From Escherichia coli (GTDB taxonomy: Bacteria > Pseudomonadota > Gammaproteobacteria > Enterobacterales > Enterobacteriaceae), in NCBI RefSeq assembly GCF_044324875.1, contig NZ_CP172185.1: a DNA stretch of 64,000 nt; one strand, given 5' to 3'. A model generated the notes under the pieces. The model had not been told where the DNA came from and searched no databases. It saw only the letters and a list, made by a program, of their open reading frames with translations. Position 1 is the stretch's first letter. Every line of letters begins with the position of its first letter. Below are positions 53,954 through 64,000 of this stretch, in pieces. A program made the translations under genes and the position numbers.

Positions 53954-54457
53954 ATGAAAGTAAAAGATGGAAAAGGAGATGAATATGATGCGATATGCAA
54001 AAAACCATTCAGAATCAACTCTGGGAATATCACGTTGGACTACTTAGGTGGTTCATGTCCTTTTGAAATTAATACGAATCCTGAACGGTGGAATACTATT
54101 AAACCAGGTCGTAGTTTTTTGTTGAGTATAACCTTAAATGATATGTATGCCTTTATACCAGGAGATAATTATTATTTTATAAAATCATCTGGCTATAAAT
54201 TTGTTAATGACAAGTGGTTTACACTCAAATCAATCAATAATATTTTTCTTTATTTTTTAAATTTAAAAATTAATTGTGCTGATGATTTTTTTGATATTAA
54301 TAATTTTACTACATGTGATAATTTGTTATTAGATGAAAAAAAACACTTTTTTATTAATCAGTTATGGGCAATTGAGGATGAAAAAAATTCTATTTACGTC
54401 ACCCCTGATGAAATTTCTATAAGTATAGACGGCGATAACTTAAAGTTGCCATATTAG
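53954..54457 (+). CDS. hypothetical protein (167 aa), AT-rich
   Basis: ORF ending immediately before the H-repeat fragment. Confidence 0.35.
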   Translation: MKVKDGKGDEYDAICKKPFRINSGNITLDYLGGSCPFEINTNPERWNTIKPGRSFLLSITLNDMYAFIPGDNYYFIKSSGYKFVNDKWFTLKSINNIFLYFLNLKINCADDFFDINNFTTCDNLLLDEKKHFFINQLWAIEDEKNSIYVTPDEISISIDGDNLKLPY

Positions 54458-54476
54458 GAATCTGTGAAAGAACAAG

Positions 54477-54965
54477 GTGCGCCGCTTTTTTGTACTAAAT
54501 AATTCGCATTTTAGTCACGGCAGAGAAGAAATCCATCTTCATATTGTTTGCGATGTCCCTGATGAACTTATTGATTTCACGTTTGAATGGAAAGGTCAGA
54601 AGAAATTATGCGTGGCAGTCTCCTTTTGGTCAATAATAGCAGAACAAAAGAAAGAGCCAGAAATGACGGTCAGATATTATATCAGTTCTGCTGATTTAAC
54701 CGCAAAAAAGTTCGCCACAGCGATACGAAATCACTGGCACGTGGAGAATAAGCTGCACTGGCGTCTGGACGTGGTAATGAACGAAGACGACTGCAAAATA
54801 AGAAGAGGAAACGCCGCAGAATTATTTTCAGGGATACGGCACATCGCTATTAATATTTTAACGAATGATAAGGTATTCAAGGCAGGGTTAAGACGCAAGA
54901 TGCGAAAAGCAGCTATGGACAGAGACTACCTCGCGTCAGTCCTTGCGGGGAGCGGGCTTTCGTAA
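54477..54965 (+). pseudogene. H-repeat-associated (ISAs1-family) transposase, C-terminal fragment, 5'-truncated
   Basis: ...[46 protein letters not shown]... matches the C-terminus of H-rpt proteins such as YdcC; N-terminal part absent. Confidence 0.75.
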
Positions 54966-55073
54966 TCTTGCCCTGGCGATCGAATAGCGCAGATGACGGT
55001 GCTCTAAATTTGAATCTAATAAGCCGGTGTTATTTTTCATCCACTATTAAAATCTTGACACAACGAGGCAACA

Positions 55074-55535
55074 ATGAAAAAAAGCAAAAAAATTAAAACA
55101 ATGAACCATCAAAATAATAGCGGGATACAAAATCAACCAGACTATCACATCGAAATAGAAAGAAAAAATATGGTAAGATTGCTTGATGAACGTATTGATA
55201 AAGTTTACGGTTCATTGCTAGGACCAATGAAAAAGAAAAATATAGATAAAATACGTCATTTTACACTTGATGTAATGGTGTTTATTCTTGACACGAACCC
55301 TCGTGTTTGTAATAAATTATCCAGGGAAATAATATCTTTAGCGCAAAATACCTTCATTGAAAAAAACGTTAATTTTTCAACTTTTAATAATGAACAGCAT
55401 AGAATAAGGGAGTATATGAATGAAGTGGTGGAATACGATGGTTTACATGGGATAACCCCGAGATATCTTTTGTTCGTGCATCTTTTGGCCTTTTTGTCAA
55501 AATGGAAACAAAAGGTGATCATGAACATACACTAA
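55074..55535 (+). CDS. hypothetical protein (153 aa), very AT-rich
   Basis: ORF with no recognisable motif. Confidence 0.3.
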   Translation: MKKSKKIKTMNHQNNSGIQNQPDYHIEIERKNMVRLLDERIDKVYGSLLGPMKKKNIDKIRHFTLDVMVFILDTNPRVCNKLSREIISLAQNTFIEKNVNFSTFNNEQHRIREYMNEVVEYDGLHGITPRYLLFVHLLAFLSKWKQKVIMNIH

Positions 55536-55992
55536 GTGACACATTTCTTCAGATTGTTGAGTGTGTTAATTTAAATATAGGACTTATTGCAAAAGATGAA
55601 CTGGTAAAAATCATCAATAAACACTTTATGTAAAAATATACTTCTGTATGAAGTTATAATAATACAGTGAAAATCATCAAATTATTAATTAATGATGCTC
55701 TTTGTTATTATTTACTTTTTACAATTGAATCAGGGGTTTTATTTTCTGTAGTAAAGTTGTATTTTTGCTAAAGGTGATAAAGTACAGGTGTTTATATTAA
55801 ATTAGAACTCCCCTTAATTATCATAAATACAAAGAGGTGAAAACATGCGGGGGTGTTTTCGTTAAATAATACCATGGTGAATTAATAACATGCTATCAGT
55901 GATATACATATTTTCTCTAACAAAGTTTTAGTAAAATTACGCGTAGTAAGAAGATTCCGCCAAAGATTCCATATAATAATATTAAGGTTGTT

Positions 55993-56628
55993 ATGAATAA
56001 AGGTAATAGATTACAACAGTTAGAAGATGCGTGTCGTGATATTATTAAAATTAACATGTGGTATGAACTCCCCGATTATGTATTTTTTTCAATATCTGAC
56101 ACCATCGATGGGACGAGTGATGAATTCGCAATAAATGTGTATAAAAATATCGATAAAAGTCTTCTTGAAATATTATTGCATCCATCTGTTTTACTGTCAG
56201 TTGTTGAGTCCTTACAAAGTAATACTATAGCTGAGTATATCGTGAAATTGTCTGAAATAGAGATGAATTATGACGACTTGCTAATATCGGATGTTAAATC
56301 ATGTCTTTTTATCAACTATGGATTCAATAACAGTGAATCGGTTGCGCTATTTAATAAGATTTACCGCGAATTAAAAGATATTGTAAAATCATCAAGAGTA
56401 CATATAGATCATGAGAAAGATATTTTTGATGGCCTTAATCAAATCTTGGCTTTTTCCGATAATAATAAACATGAGTATTTTTTATATATAAAGGCATATT
56501 GGCTCAGTTTATACTTTTGTGAAATTTCACAGAACGTGAGAGAAAGAGATAAGTTGTCATTTTATTATAATGAATTTTCTGTCCGATTTCCTAATGTTGT
56601 CCTATATCCGTCATGCTACAAATTGTAA
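55993..56628 (+). CDS. hypothetical protein (211 aa), very AT-rich
   Basis: ORF with no recognisable motif. Confidence 0.35.
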   Translation: MNKGNRLQQLEDACRDIIKINMWYELPDYVFFSISDTIDGTSDEFAINVYKNIDKSLLEILLHPSVLLSVVESLQSNTIAEYIVKLSEIEMNYDDLLISDVKSCLFINYGFNNSESVALFNKIYRELKDIVKSSRVHIDHEKDIFDGLNQILAFSDNNKHEYFLYIKAYWLSLYFCEISQNVRERDKLSFYYNEFSVRFPNVVLYPSCYKL

Positions 56629-57020
56629 GGCTTGGCACCTGAAATTCATTGTTAATTCGAGACGCTTGATTGTCCACTATATCAAAACAGTCATACCTCG
56701 GAATTTTCTCGCATTAGTCCATACGGTATTCAATATTCGCAACTGTGCCCTGAAATAAAAAACTGCAAAACTGCTTTTTCTTGACCTGTCCCAATCACGC
56801 AAGACTACTTTTAGTAGAGACCTCCAGCTATGTCGATTTTAGTGCCGCCCGCGCATTTTATACAAAACAGGGCTTTATTAATGAAGCTATAATACGCAAT
56901 TACTATGATGTTGGTGAGGATAAATTAATCTTCACTAAAAATATGCAATCGTGAGATAAAATATGCTTTTAACTCATATTGAAACATTGCTTAAGCAACT
57001 TGGTTGCTGCATATGATTCT

Positions 57021-57590
57021 TTAGCCCGCGGTGACTCGCTTGCCGCTGGTAACAAACGTGCCAGCACCTAAGTGATGTAGTGTATTGAGTTTATCATCAT
57101 CAAACTGCCAGCGGCCTTCGACAAATACCCGTGCGTCTGCCGCTGCTGATACCACCTCGCCAAACAGCGTGTCGTATTTTTCTTGTGCGGAAGTCGCAGG
57201 TAGCAAGCGACACTCCATCCATGCCAGACATTTTTCTTCAACAAGTGGCAAACCAAGCACCGGACCTTTCACCACCGGAATGCCATAGCAATTAAATTTA
57301 TCCTCTTCACGCCCCGAAACACTTCCCACCGCCCACGTCCAGTTAGTCGCTGCAACGCCCGGGATAACGATGCCAAATTTACCGTTACGTTCAATCAACT
57401 CCCTGGTCCATGTCGATTTATCTACCACAATCGCCACACGTGGCGGTTCAAACTCTACCGGCATTGACCAGGCCGCAGCCATAAGGTTACGCCGCTGAGA
57501 TTGATCATCGAAACTGGTTATCAAAACTGTAGGGCCGTGGTTTAACAGACGGCTGGCATGATGCAACTCGACGGAGATAAATCGGCTCAC
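57021..57590 (-). CDS. yddH: flavin-reductase-like protein YddH
   Basis: 189-aa ORF recognised as YddH. Confidence 0.85.
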   Translation of the reverse strand: MSRFISVELHHASRLLNHGPTVLITSFDDQSQRRNLMAAAWSMPVEFEPPRVAIVVDKSTWTRELIERNGKFGIVIPGVAATNWTWAVGSVSGREEDKFNCYGIPVVKGPVLGLPLVEEKCLAWMECRLLPATSAQEKYDTLFGEVVSAAADARVFVEGRWQFDDDKLNTLHHLGAGTFVTSGKRVTAG

Positions 57591-57764
57591 GATAGCGCCT
57601 TGCTATGAAGGGTGTTTTAAAAGCGTAGCTCGTAACGCAATAAGCAACGAAATTAACGGGATCGGCGATTTGCGAACGTGATGTATGTCCGCGATCGCAC
57701 AAAATAGCCTGTGCGGCGTCTATTCCAGGTTATAAGTTGATAAAACCACTAACGGAAACGCCTG

Positions 57765-58610
57765 ATGACGCCCATTCTGAATCATTATTTTGCTCGCATT
57801 AACTGGTCGGGAGCTGCTGCGGTCAATATCGATACGCTTCGTGCATTACACCTGAAACACAATTGCACCATTCCATTTGAAAATCTCGATGTTCTGCTGC
57901 CGAGGGAAATGCAGCTTGATGATCAATCTCTGGAAGAGAAATTGGTGTTCGCCCGGCGTGGCGGTTACTGCTTTGAACAGAATGGCGTGTTTGAGCGGGT
58001 ATTACGCGAGCTGGGTTTTCATGTGCGCAGTCTGTTAGGGCGCGTAGTGTTATCTAATCCGCCATCATTACCGCCGCGCACGCACCGTCTGTTGTTAGTA
58101 GAACTGGAAGGTGAACAATGGATTGCCGACGTTGGTTTTGGTGGTCAGACGCTGACCGCGCCAATCCGTTTAGTGCCGGATATCGCGCAAACAACGCCAC
58201 ATGGCGAATATCGGCTGTTACAGGAAGGGGACGACTGGGTTTTGCAGTTTAATCATCATCAGCACTGGCAGTCGATGTACCGTTTTGATCTCTGCGAGCA
58301 GCAACAAAGCGATTATGTGATGGGTAATTTCTGGTCGGCGCACTGGCCGCAATCGCATTTTCGCCATCATTTGTTAATGTGCCGCCATTTGCCGGACGGT
58401 GGCAAGCTGACACTGACCAATTTTCATTTCACCCATTATGAAAATGGACATGCAGTGGAGCAGCTAAATCTACCGGATGTGGTGTCGTTGTATGCAGTGA
58501 TGCAGGAGCAGTTTGGACTGGGCGTGGATGATGCCAAACATGGGTTTACAGTGGATGATTTAGCGTTGGTGATGGCAGCGTTTGATACGCATCCGGAGGC
58601 GGGGAAATAG
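57765..58610 (+). CDS. nhoA: arylamine N-acetyltransferase
   Basis: 281-aa ORF recognised as NhoA, with the NAT-family catalytic cysteine in RRGGYCFE. Confidence 0.9.
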   Translation: MTPILNHYFARINWSGAAAVNIDTLRALHLKHNCTIPFENLDVLLPREMQLDDQSLEEKLVFARRGGYCFEQNGVFERVLRELGFHVRSLLGRVVLSNPPSLPPRTHRLLLVELEGEQWIADVGFGGQTLTAPIRLVPDIAQTTPHGEYRLLQEGDDWVLQFNHHQHWQSMYRFDLCEQQQSDYVMGNFWSAHWPQSHFRHHLLMCRHLPDGGKLTLTNFHFTHYENGHAVEQLNLPDVVSLYAVMQEQFGLGVDDAKHGFTVDDLALVMAAFDTHPEAGK

Positions 58611-58623
58611 TTTATATCAGGTT

Positions 58624-58721
<98 letters not shown>

Positions 58722-58728
58722 AACGGTT

Positions 58729-59622
58729 TCAGAGTTCAATTGCCCATTCGGCATGAAACAAAATCACCGCCGTGCCGGAAATGGTAACTTTCTCCGGCTG
58801 GTTATCGCGAATTGTCACCGTTACATCAATCACTCCATCACGACCCAATGCGCGCCCCTGATGGCCTTTAACACGCAACACGTTGCCATCGTGGGGCAAT
58901 ACGTTGTGATGTACTAACCATGCGCCCATCGGGCCATTGGCATTGCCGGTCACCGGATCTTCCACGATACCAATCGCAGGCGAGAACATGCGACCATCGG
59001 TTTCATTTTTGCCAGGGCGGATCTGGAACGGGAAGAAACCATTGCAGCCAATCTGTTTACTGATAGCGGTCAGCGCAGCAAGGTCAGGCGAAAGGGCGTC
59101 GATATCCACTTCTGGTTTCAGCGGAATCATCACTTTTGAGTGTCCTGTGGTTGCCACCTGGATTGGCAAGCCTGGCAAAATATCGTCTTCAGTGAGATGA
59201 AGCGCGTTGATAATCGCCGCACGTGTTTCGCCTTCCAGCGGTGGCTCAAAGCCCGGCGTACCTTGTTCCAGCGAAATACGATAATCATCGTTTTGCTTTT
59301 CAACAGTCACGCGATGCCGTCCTGCCAGAGATGTTTGCCAGACCGTGCAATTTCCCAAACCTAATACCTTCGAACGTACATAATGCGCTGCTATCGTCGC
59401 GTGACCGCAAATCGGTACTTCAACCGTTGGCGTAAAGTAGCGAATGCGCACATCGCTGTCGTCGCTGTGCAGCAGAAAAGCAGTTTCGGAATGACCTAAT
59501 TCGCGGGCGATAAGCTGCATTTGCGCTTCGCTGAGATTATCGGCGGGGAAAACAACACCGGCAGAATTGCCGCGAAATGGTTGAGAGGTAAAAGCATCGA
59601 CGTGGTAAACCTGCGGTTTCAT
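58729..59622 (-). CDS. yddE: PhzF-family isomerase YddE
   Basis: 297-aa ORF recognised as YddE. Confidence 0.9.
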   Translation of the reverse strand: MKPQVYHVDAFTSQPFRGNSAGVVFPADNLSEAQMQLIARELGHSETAFLLHSDDSDVRIRYFTPTVEVPICGHATIAAHYVRSKVLGLGNCTVWQTSLAGRHRVTVEKQNDDYRISLEQGTPGFEPPLEGETRAAIINALHLTEDDILPGLPIQVATTGHSKVMIPLKPEVDIDALSPDLAALTAISKQIGCNGFFPFQIRPGKNETDGRMFSPAIGIVEDPVTGNANGPMGAWLVHHNVLPHDGNVLRVKGHQGRALGRDGVIDVTVTIRDNQPEKVTISGTAVILFHAEWAIEL

Positions 59623-59700
59623 TAACGTTCTCCTGTGACTGGAGAACTATCATAGCCTGCAAGTGGCCGGAGAGCGAAGGGCTATCCGGCCTGGTGAGAA

Positions 59701-60381
59701 TTATCGCCGCGAGCGCACAATCTGATACCGACGAGTAAAGTACTCAAACGGCGCACTCCACACATGCACCAGTCGGGTGAACGGGAAGAGCAGGAAGATG
59801 GTCATCCCAAGCACCAGATGAACGCGGAAAATAAAGGCGACGCCATCAAGATGTGTTGATGCACCACCCTGGAAAGTGACAATGCTTTGCGCCCAGCCCA
59901 CCAGCTTCATCATTTCACTGCCGTCTGGATGTTGTGCTGAAAAGGGAATGGTGGTTAACCCAAGAATGCACTGAATTAACAAAATGGTGAGGATCAGGAT
60001 ATCTGCACCAGAAGACGTCGCCCTGATACGTGGATTTGTTAAACGACGCACCAGCAGCCCCGCACCGCCAATCAACGTCAACACACCGCAAATACCACCG
60101 AGCACCATCGCCATCTGCTGTTTTACCGCCACTGGCAGAAACCACGCGTACATCCAGTGGGGCGTTAACATGCCGAACAGATGGCCGAAGAAGATCCCCA
60201 GAATGCCGATATGGAACAAGTTCGACCATAGCACCATCCCGCGTTTATCGAGCATCTGGCTGGAGGCGGCGCGCCAGGTATACTGCCCGTAATCGTAGCG
60301 CAGCCAGCTTCCGAGGATAAAAACCGTGCCACACAAGTACGGGTAGATATCGTAAAAAAAGACGTTCAGATACTGAATCAT
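59701..60381 (-). CDS. narV: respiratory nitrate reductase 2 gamma subunit
   Basis: 226-aa haem-b membrane subunit; operon context with yddE/nhoA. Confidence 0.9.
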   Translation of the reverse strand: MIQYLNVFFYDIYPYLCGTVFILGSWLRYDYGQYTWRAASSQMLDKRGMVLWSNLFHIGILGIFFGHLFGMLTPHWMYAWFLPVAVKQQMAMVLGGICGVLTLIGGAGLLVRRLTNPRIRATSSGADILILTILLIQCILGLTTIPFSAQHPDGSEMMKLVGWAQSIVTFQGGASTHLDGVAFIFRVHLVLGMTIFLLFPFTRLVHVWSAPFEYFTRRYQIVRSRR

Positions 60382-61073
60382 TTCCCACCTCCCGCACTGA
60401 TGTCGACATACTGCGGCGCGACATCCTGGCTAAAGCGTCGCTGATATTGATTAAGCGGCGAGCTGTCACACGCCGTGGCGTTATCTTCAATAAACTTCAC
60501 CTGTTCCTCTTCCCACACCGCATCCAGCGCCTGGCGGGTATCATCGCGCTCTTCGCTACGAATCTGTTTAGTGACACTGTCACTTGAAAGAGTACTTCCC
60601 GCAAGATGCAGCAGGGCGTCAAACAACGAATACCACGGTGCCTCGCGTTGTTTTAAGCGTCCGCCAAGCAGAGCAAGGATCGGCGCAACGTTGAGTAACC
60701 CTTCTTTCGCCTGATCGTCCGGCAGTACGCTTAAATACTCCAGATACAGCGGCAGATAATCAGGCAGTTCCCGACAATCCAGTTGCAGACCGACCTTTTC
60801 ATACTCCGCCAGCAGGTCCACCATTGCCTGGCCGCGATCGCGGGACTCAGCATGAACATGTTCAAACAGCAGCAGCGACGTGGTGCGCCCGCGGTCGAAC
60901 ACTTCACACCACTCGGCCTGTTTATCCAGCAGAGGCGCGTTGAGAAGGTCAAGTGCGAAATCGGTGAGCATCGGCGCGTCGCGGCGGATCAACGCCAGCG
61001 CGTCGTCCTTGCATTCCCACAACAGCTCGTCCGGGTACTCCATCAACAGGCCGATCACTTTGAGGATCTGCAT
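60378..61073 (-). CDS. narW: nitrate reductase 2 assembly chaperone
   Basis: 231-aa NarJ-family ORF. Confidence 0.9.
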   Translation of the reverse strand: MQILKVIGLLMEYPDELLWECKDDALALIRRDAPMLTDFALDLLNAPLLDKQAEWCEVFDRGRTTSLLLFEHVHAESRDRGQAMVDLLAEYEKVGLQLDCRELPDYLPLYLEYLSVLPDDQAKEGLLNVAPILALLGGRLKQREAPWYSLFDALLHLAGSTLSSDSVTKQIRSEERDDTRQALDAVWEEEQVKFIEDNATACDSSPLNQYQRRFSQDVAPQYVDISAGGGK

Positions 61074-62617
61074 TATTCGCCCTCCGCTTTATCGCGCACT
61101 TCGGTGATGTTGATGGCATCGATACGGCTACTGTTAAACAGGTTGAATTTGCTGTCTGAGCCGTGGCAACCATCGCCAAAGCTGAAGCCGCAGCCGTTGC
61201 GTTCTGCGAAGGCATCGCCCGCCATTTCCCGATGACTCGTTGGAATGACAAAACGGTCTTCATAGTTGGCAATGGCGAGGTAGCGATACATTTCTTCGAC
61301 CTGGGCGACGCTCAGGCCTACTTCGTCGATGGCACGGGTATCGGTCACGCCTTCCACGGTTTGTGAACGCATATAGTGGCGCATCGCCATCATCCGTTTT
61401 AGTGCCCGCAGCACCGGACCGGTATCGCCCGCACTCAACATATTGGCAAGATATTGCACCGGTATACGTAGGCTTTCGATAGCGGGGAGCACGCCTTCGC
61501 TTTTTGGCAAACCGCCCGCATCAGCGTAGGACTGAATCGGCGACAACGGCGGAACGTACCAGACCATCGGCAGGGTGCGATATTCAGGGTGCAGCGGTAG
61601 CGCCAGTTTCCAGTCCATCGCCATTTTGTAAACAGGCGAACGTTGGGCCGCTTCAATCACGTTTTGTGGAATACCTTGTTTCAGGGCTTCTTCGATCACT
61701 GAGGGATCGTGCGGATCGAGGAATACTTCGCACTGACGTTCATAGAGATCAACCTCGCGTTCGGTGCTCGCCGCTTCCTCGATGCGATCGGCGTCATAAA
61801 GCAGCACGCCAAGATAGCGGATGCGGCCCACGCAGGTTTCTGAGCACACGGTCGGTTGACCGGACTCAATTCGCGGATAACAGAAGATGCATTTTTCTGA
61901 CTTGCCGCTTTTCCAGTTGAAGTAAATTTTTTTGTACGGACAACCGCTAATGCACAAACGCCAGCCACGGCATTTATCCTGATCGATCAGCACAATGCCG
62001 TCTTCTTCGCGTTTGTAGATAGCGCCGCTTGGGCAGGTCGCCACGCAACTGGGATTGAGGCAGTGTTCGCACAAGCGCGGCAGGTACATCATGAAGGTGT
62101 TTTCAAACTGCCCGTACATCTCCTTTTGCATGGCCTCGAAGTTGCGGTCATGGGCGCGTTTTTCGAATTCGCCGCCCAACAATTCTTCCCAGTTTGGCCC
62201 CCAGATCACTTTGTCCATCCGTTTGCCGTCAATCAGTGAACGCGGGCGAGCAGTAGGGATATGTTTGCCTTCCGGTGCGCTATGCAAATGTTCGTAGTCG
62301 AAGGTGAAAGGTTCGTAGTAATCATCAATCTGCGGCACCACCGGGTTGGCGAAGATTTTGGTTATTACGCCCATCTTGCTGCCCAGACGCGGGCGGATCT
62401 TGCCATTCACATCACGCACCCAGCCGCCTTGCCACTCTTCCTGATCTTCCCAGTTTTTCGGATAACCAATGCCCGGTTTGGTTTCGACGTTGTTAAACCA
62501 TGCGTAGTCCATGCCTTCGCGTCCGGTCCAGACGTTTTTACAGGTCACCGAACAGGTATGGCAGCCGATACATTTATCGAGGTTAAGCACCATGCCGACT
62601 TGCGAACGTATTTTCAT
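61073..62617 (-). CDS. narY: respiratory nitrate reductase 2 beta subunit
   Basis: 514-aa ORF with four Cys clusters for Fe-S centres. Confidence 0.95.
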   Translation of the reverse strand: MKIRSQVGMVLNLDKCIGCHTCSVTCKNVWTGREGMDYAWFNNVETKPGIGYPKNWEDQEEWQGGWVRDVNGKIRPRLGSKMGVITKIFANPVVPQIDDYYEPFTFDYEHLHSAPEGKHIPTARPRSLIDGKRMDKVIWGPNWEELLGGEFEKRAHDRNFEAMQKEMYGQFENTFMMYLPRLCEHCLNPSCVATCPSGAIYKREEDGIVLIDQDKCRGWRLCISGCPYKKIYFNWKSGKSEKCIFCYPRIESGQPTVCSETCVGRIRYLGVLLYDADRIEEAASTEREVDLYERQCEVFLDPHDPSVIEEALKQGIPQNVIEAAQRSPVYKMAMDWKLALPLHPEYRTLPMVWYVPPLSPIQSYADAGGLPKSEGVLPAIESLRIPVQYLANMLSAGDTGPVLRALKRMMAMRHYMRSQTVEGVTDTRAIDEVGLSVAQVEEMYRYLAIANYEDRFVIPTSHREMAGDAFAERNGCGFSFGDGCHGSDSKFNLFNSSRIDAINITEVRDKAEGE

Positions 62618-64000
62618 TTTTTCGCCTCCTGTACCTGATCGCGACCTTCATCATCCAGCCAGTTAACGTTCTTCATCTTGCGGATCATGATGAATTCGTC
62701 ACGGTTCGAGCCGACGGAGCCGTAGTAATTAAAGCCCCAGGCCAGCTGCGCGTAACCGCCAATCATATGCGTTGGTTTCGGACAAACGCGGGTGACCGAG
62801 TTATGAATGCCGCCGCGCATGCCAGTTACTTCCGAACCAGGAATATTCATAATGCGTTCCTGGGCGTGATACATCATGGTCATACCCGGCGGTACACGTT
62901 GGCTGACCACCGCGCGGGCAGTCAGCGCGCCGTTGGCGTTAAACACTTCCACCCAGTCGTTATCGACAATGGTCAGTTCACGGGCATCGGTTTCGCTGAT
63001 CCAGACAATTGGTCCACCGCGAGAGAGCGTCAGCATTAGCAGGTTTTCACTGTAGGTTGAGTGAATGCCCCATTTCTGGTGCGGCGTCAGGAAGTTAAGT
63101 GCTTTTTCCGGGAAGCCGTTTGGCGGTATCTGGCGCATTTCACTGACGCTACGGGTGTCGATAGGCGGGCGATAAGCCACCAGGCTTTCACCAAAAGCAC
63201 GCATCCACGGATGATCCTGATAAAGCTGCTGGCGTCCCGACAGCGTGCGCCACGGAATTAACTCATGAACGTTGGTGTATCCCGCGTTATAGGAGACGTG
63301 ATCGCTTTCCAGACCAGACCATGTGGGGCTGGAGATAATTTTACGTGGCTGCGCCTGAATATCGCGAAAGCGAATCTTCTCGTCCTCTTTGTGCAGCGCC
63401 AGATGGGTATGTTCGCGTCCGGTGATCTCGCCCAGCGCCTGCCACGCTTTGACTGCAACATGACCGTTGGTTTCCGGTGCCAGCGCCAGAATCACTTCTG
63501 ATGCGTCAATGGCGGTGTCAATCAGCGGACGCCCCTGTGCCGGGCCTTCACGCTTGGTGTAGTTGAGTTTGCCGAGGAAATCGATTTCATCCTGGGTATT
63601 CCACGAAATCCCTTTACCGCCGTTGCCAAGTTTGTCCATCAATGGCCCGAGCGAGGTAAAGCGTTCATAGGTAGCAGGGTAGTCGCGTTCCACCGCCACA
63701 ATATTGGGCGCAGTTTTACCTGGAATCAGATCGCATTCGCCTTTGCGCCAGTCGAGCACTTCACACGGCTGTGAGAGTTCTGCCGGAGAGTCATGCAGCA
63801 GTGGTTGTAATACCACGTCGGTTTCTTTGCCAAGATGGCCCACGCACACTTGCGAAAAGGCTTTGGCAATACCTTTGTAGATTTCCCAGTCGCTGCGTGA
63901 TTCCCACGCCGGATCGACCGCCGCAGAAAGCGGATGAATAAACGGATGCATATCCGAGGTGTTCATATCGTCTTTTTCGTACCAGGTGGCGGTGGGCAGA
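62614..64000 (-). CDS. narZ: respiratory nitrate reductase 2 alpha subunit, C-terminal part (gene continues beyond the window end)
   Basis: molybdopterin oxidoreductase C-terminal region; reading frame open to the window end. Confidence 0.9.
   Translation of the reverse strand, partial: LPTATWYEKDDMNTSDMHPFIHPLSAAVDPAWESRSDWEIYKGIAKAFSQVCVGHLGKETDVVLQPLLHDSPAELSQPCEVLDWRKGECDLIPGKTAPNIVAVERDYPATYERFTSLGPLMDKLGNGGKGISWNTQDEIDFLGKLNYTKREGPAQGRPLIDTAIDASEVILALAPETNGHVAVKAWQALGEITGREHTHLALHKEDEKIRFRDIQAQPRKIISSPTWSGLESDHVSYNAGYTNVHELIPWRTLSGRQQLYQDHPWMRAFGESLVAYRPPIDTRSVSEMRQIPPNGFPEKALNFLTPHQKWGIHSTYSENLLMLTLSRGGPIVWISETDARELTIVDNDWVEVFNANGALTARAVVSQRVPPGMTMMYHAQERIMNIPGSEVTGMRGGIHNSVTRVCPKPTHMIGGYAQLAWGFNYYGSVGSNRDEFIMIRKMKNVNWLDDEGRDQVQEAKK

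Noticed and set aside
56850-56955. Possible GNAT acetyltransferase gene
   Set aside because: Only a short C-terminal stretch is readable with no plausible start; kept as a remnant, not a feature.

Overview
This window reads as an Escherichia coli chromosomal segment colinear with the K-12 hrpA-to-narZ interval: hrpA(3' end)-ydcF-aldA-gapC-cybB-ydcA-hokB/mokB-trg-ydcI-ydcJ-opgD-ydcH-rimL-ydcK-tehA-tehB-ydcL-ydcO-ydcN-ydcP(rlhA)-yncJ-hicAB-ydcR-ydcSTUV-patD-yncL-ortT-ydcY-ydcZ-mnaT-curA-mcbR-yncD-yncE-ansP-yncG, then a PAAR/VgrG type VI secretion cargo locus, then yddH-nhoA-yddE-narVWY and the 3' part of narZ. Gene identities come from recognising the translated ORFs; all comparisons to K-12 are from memory and nothing was searched. 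It does not look like K-12 MG1655 itself: gapC is intact, an IS1 sits between cybB and ydcA, tehB carries a 10-bp tandem duplication, and there is no IS609-type gene between ydcL and ydcO. The most interesting part is the accessory region at about 43.4-57.0 kb. There a PAAR gene and a vgrG are followed by an AT-rich candidate cargo gene that is interrupted by IS2; that IS2 is itself interrupted by an IS66-family element, whose tnpA is in turn interrupted by an IS21-family element. All three insertions have intact target-site duplications. Downstream are AT-rich orphan ORFs, a 5'-truncated H-repeat (ISAs1-like) transposase fragment and two more AT-rich ORFs of unknown function. Two other AT-rich insertions stand out against the core backbone: a cluster of 3-4 small ORFs between hrpA and ydcF, and a Vat/CatB-class hexapeptide acetyltransferase between patD and yncL. 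No rRNA, tRNA or CRISPR array was seen.
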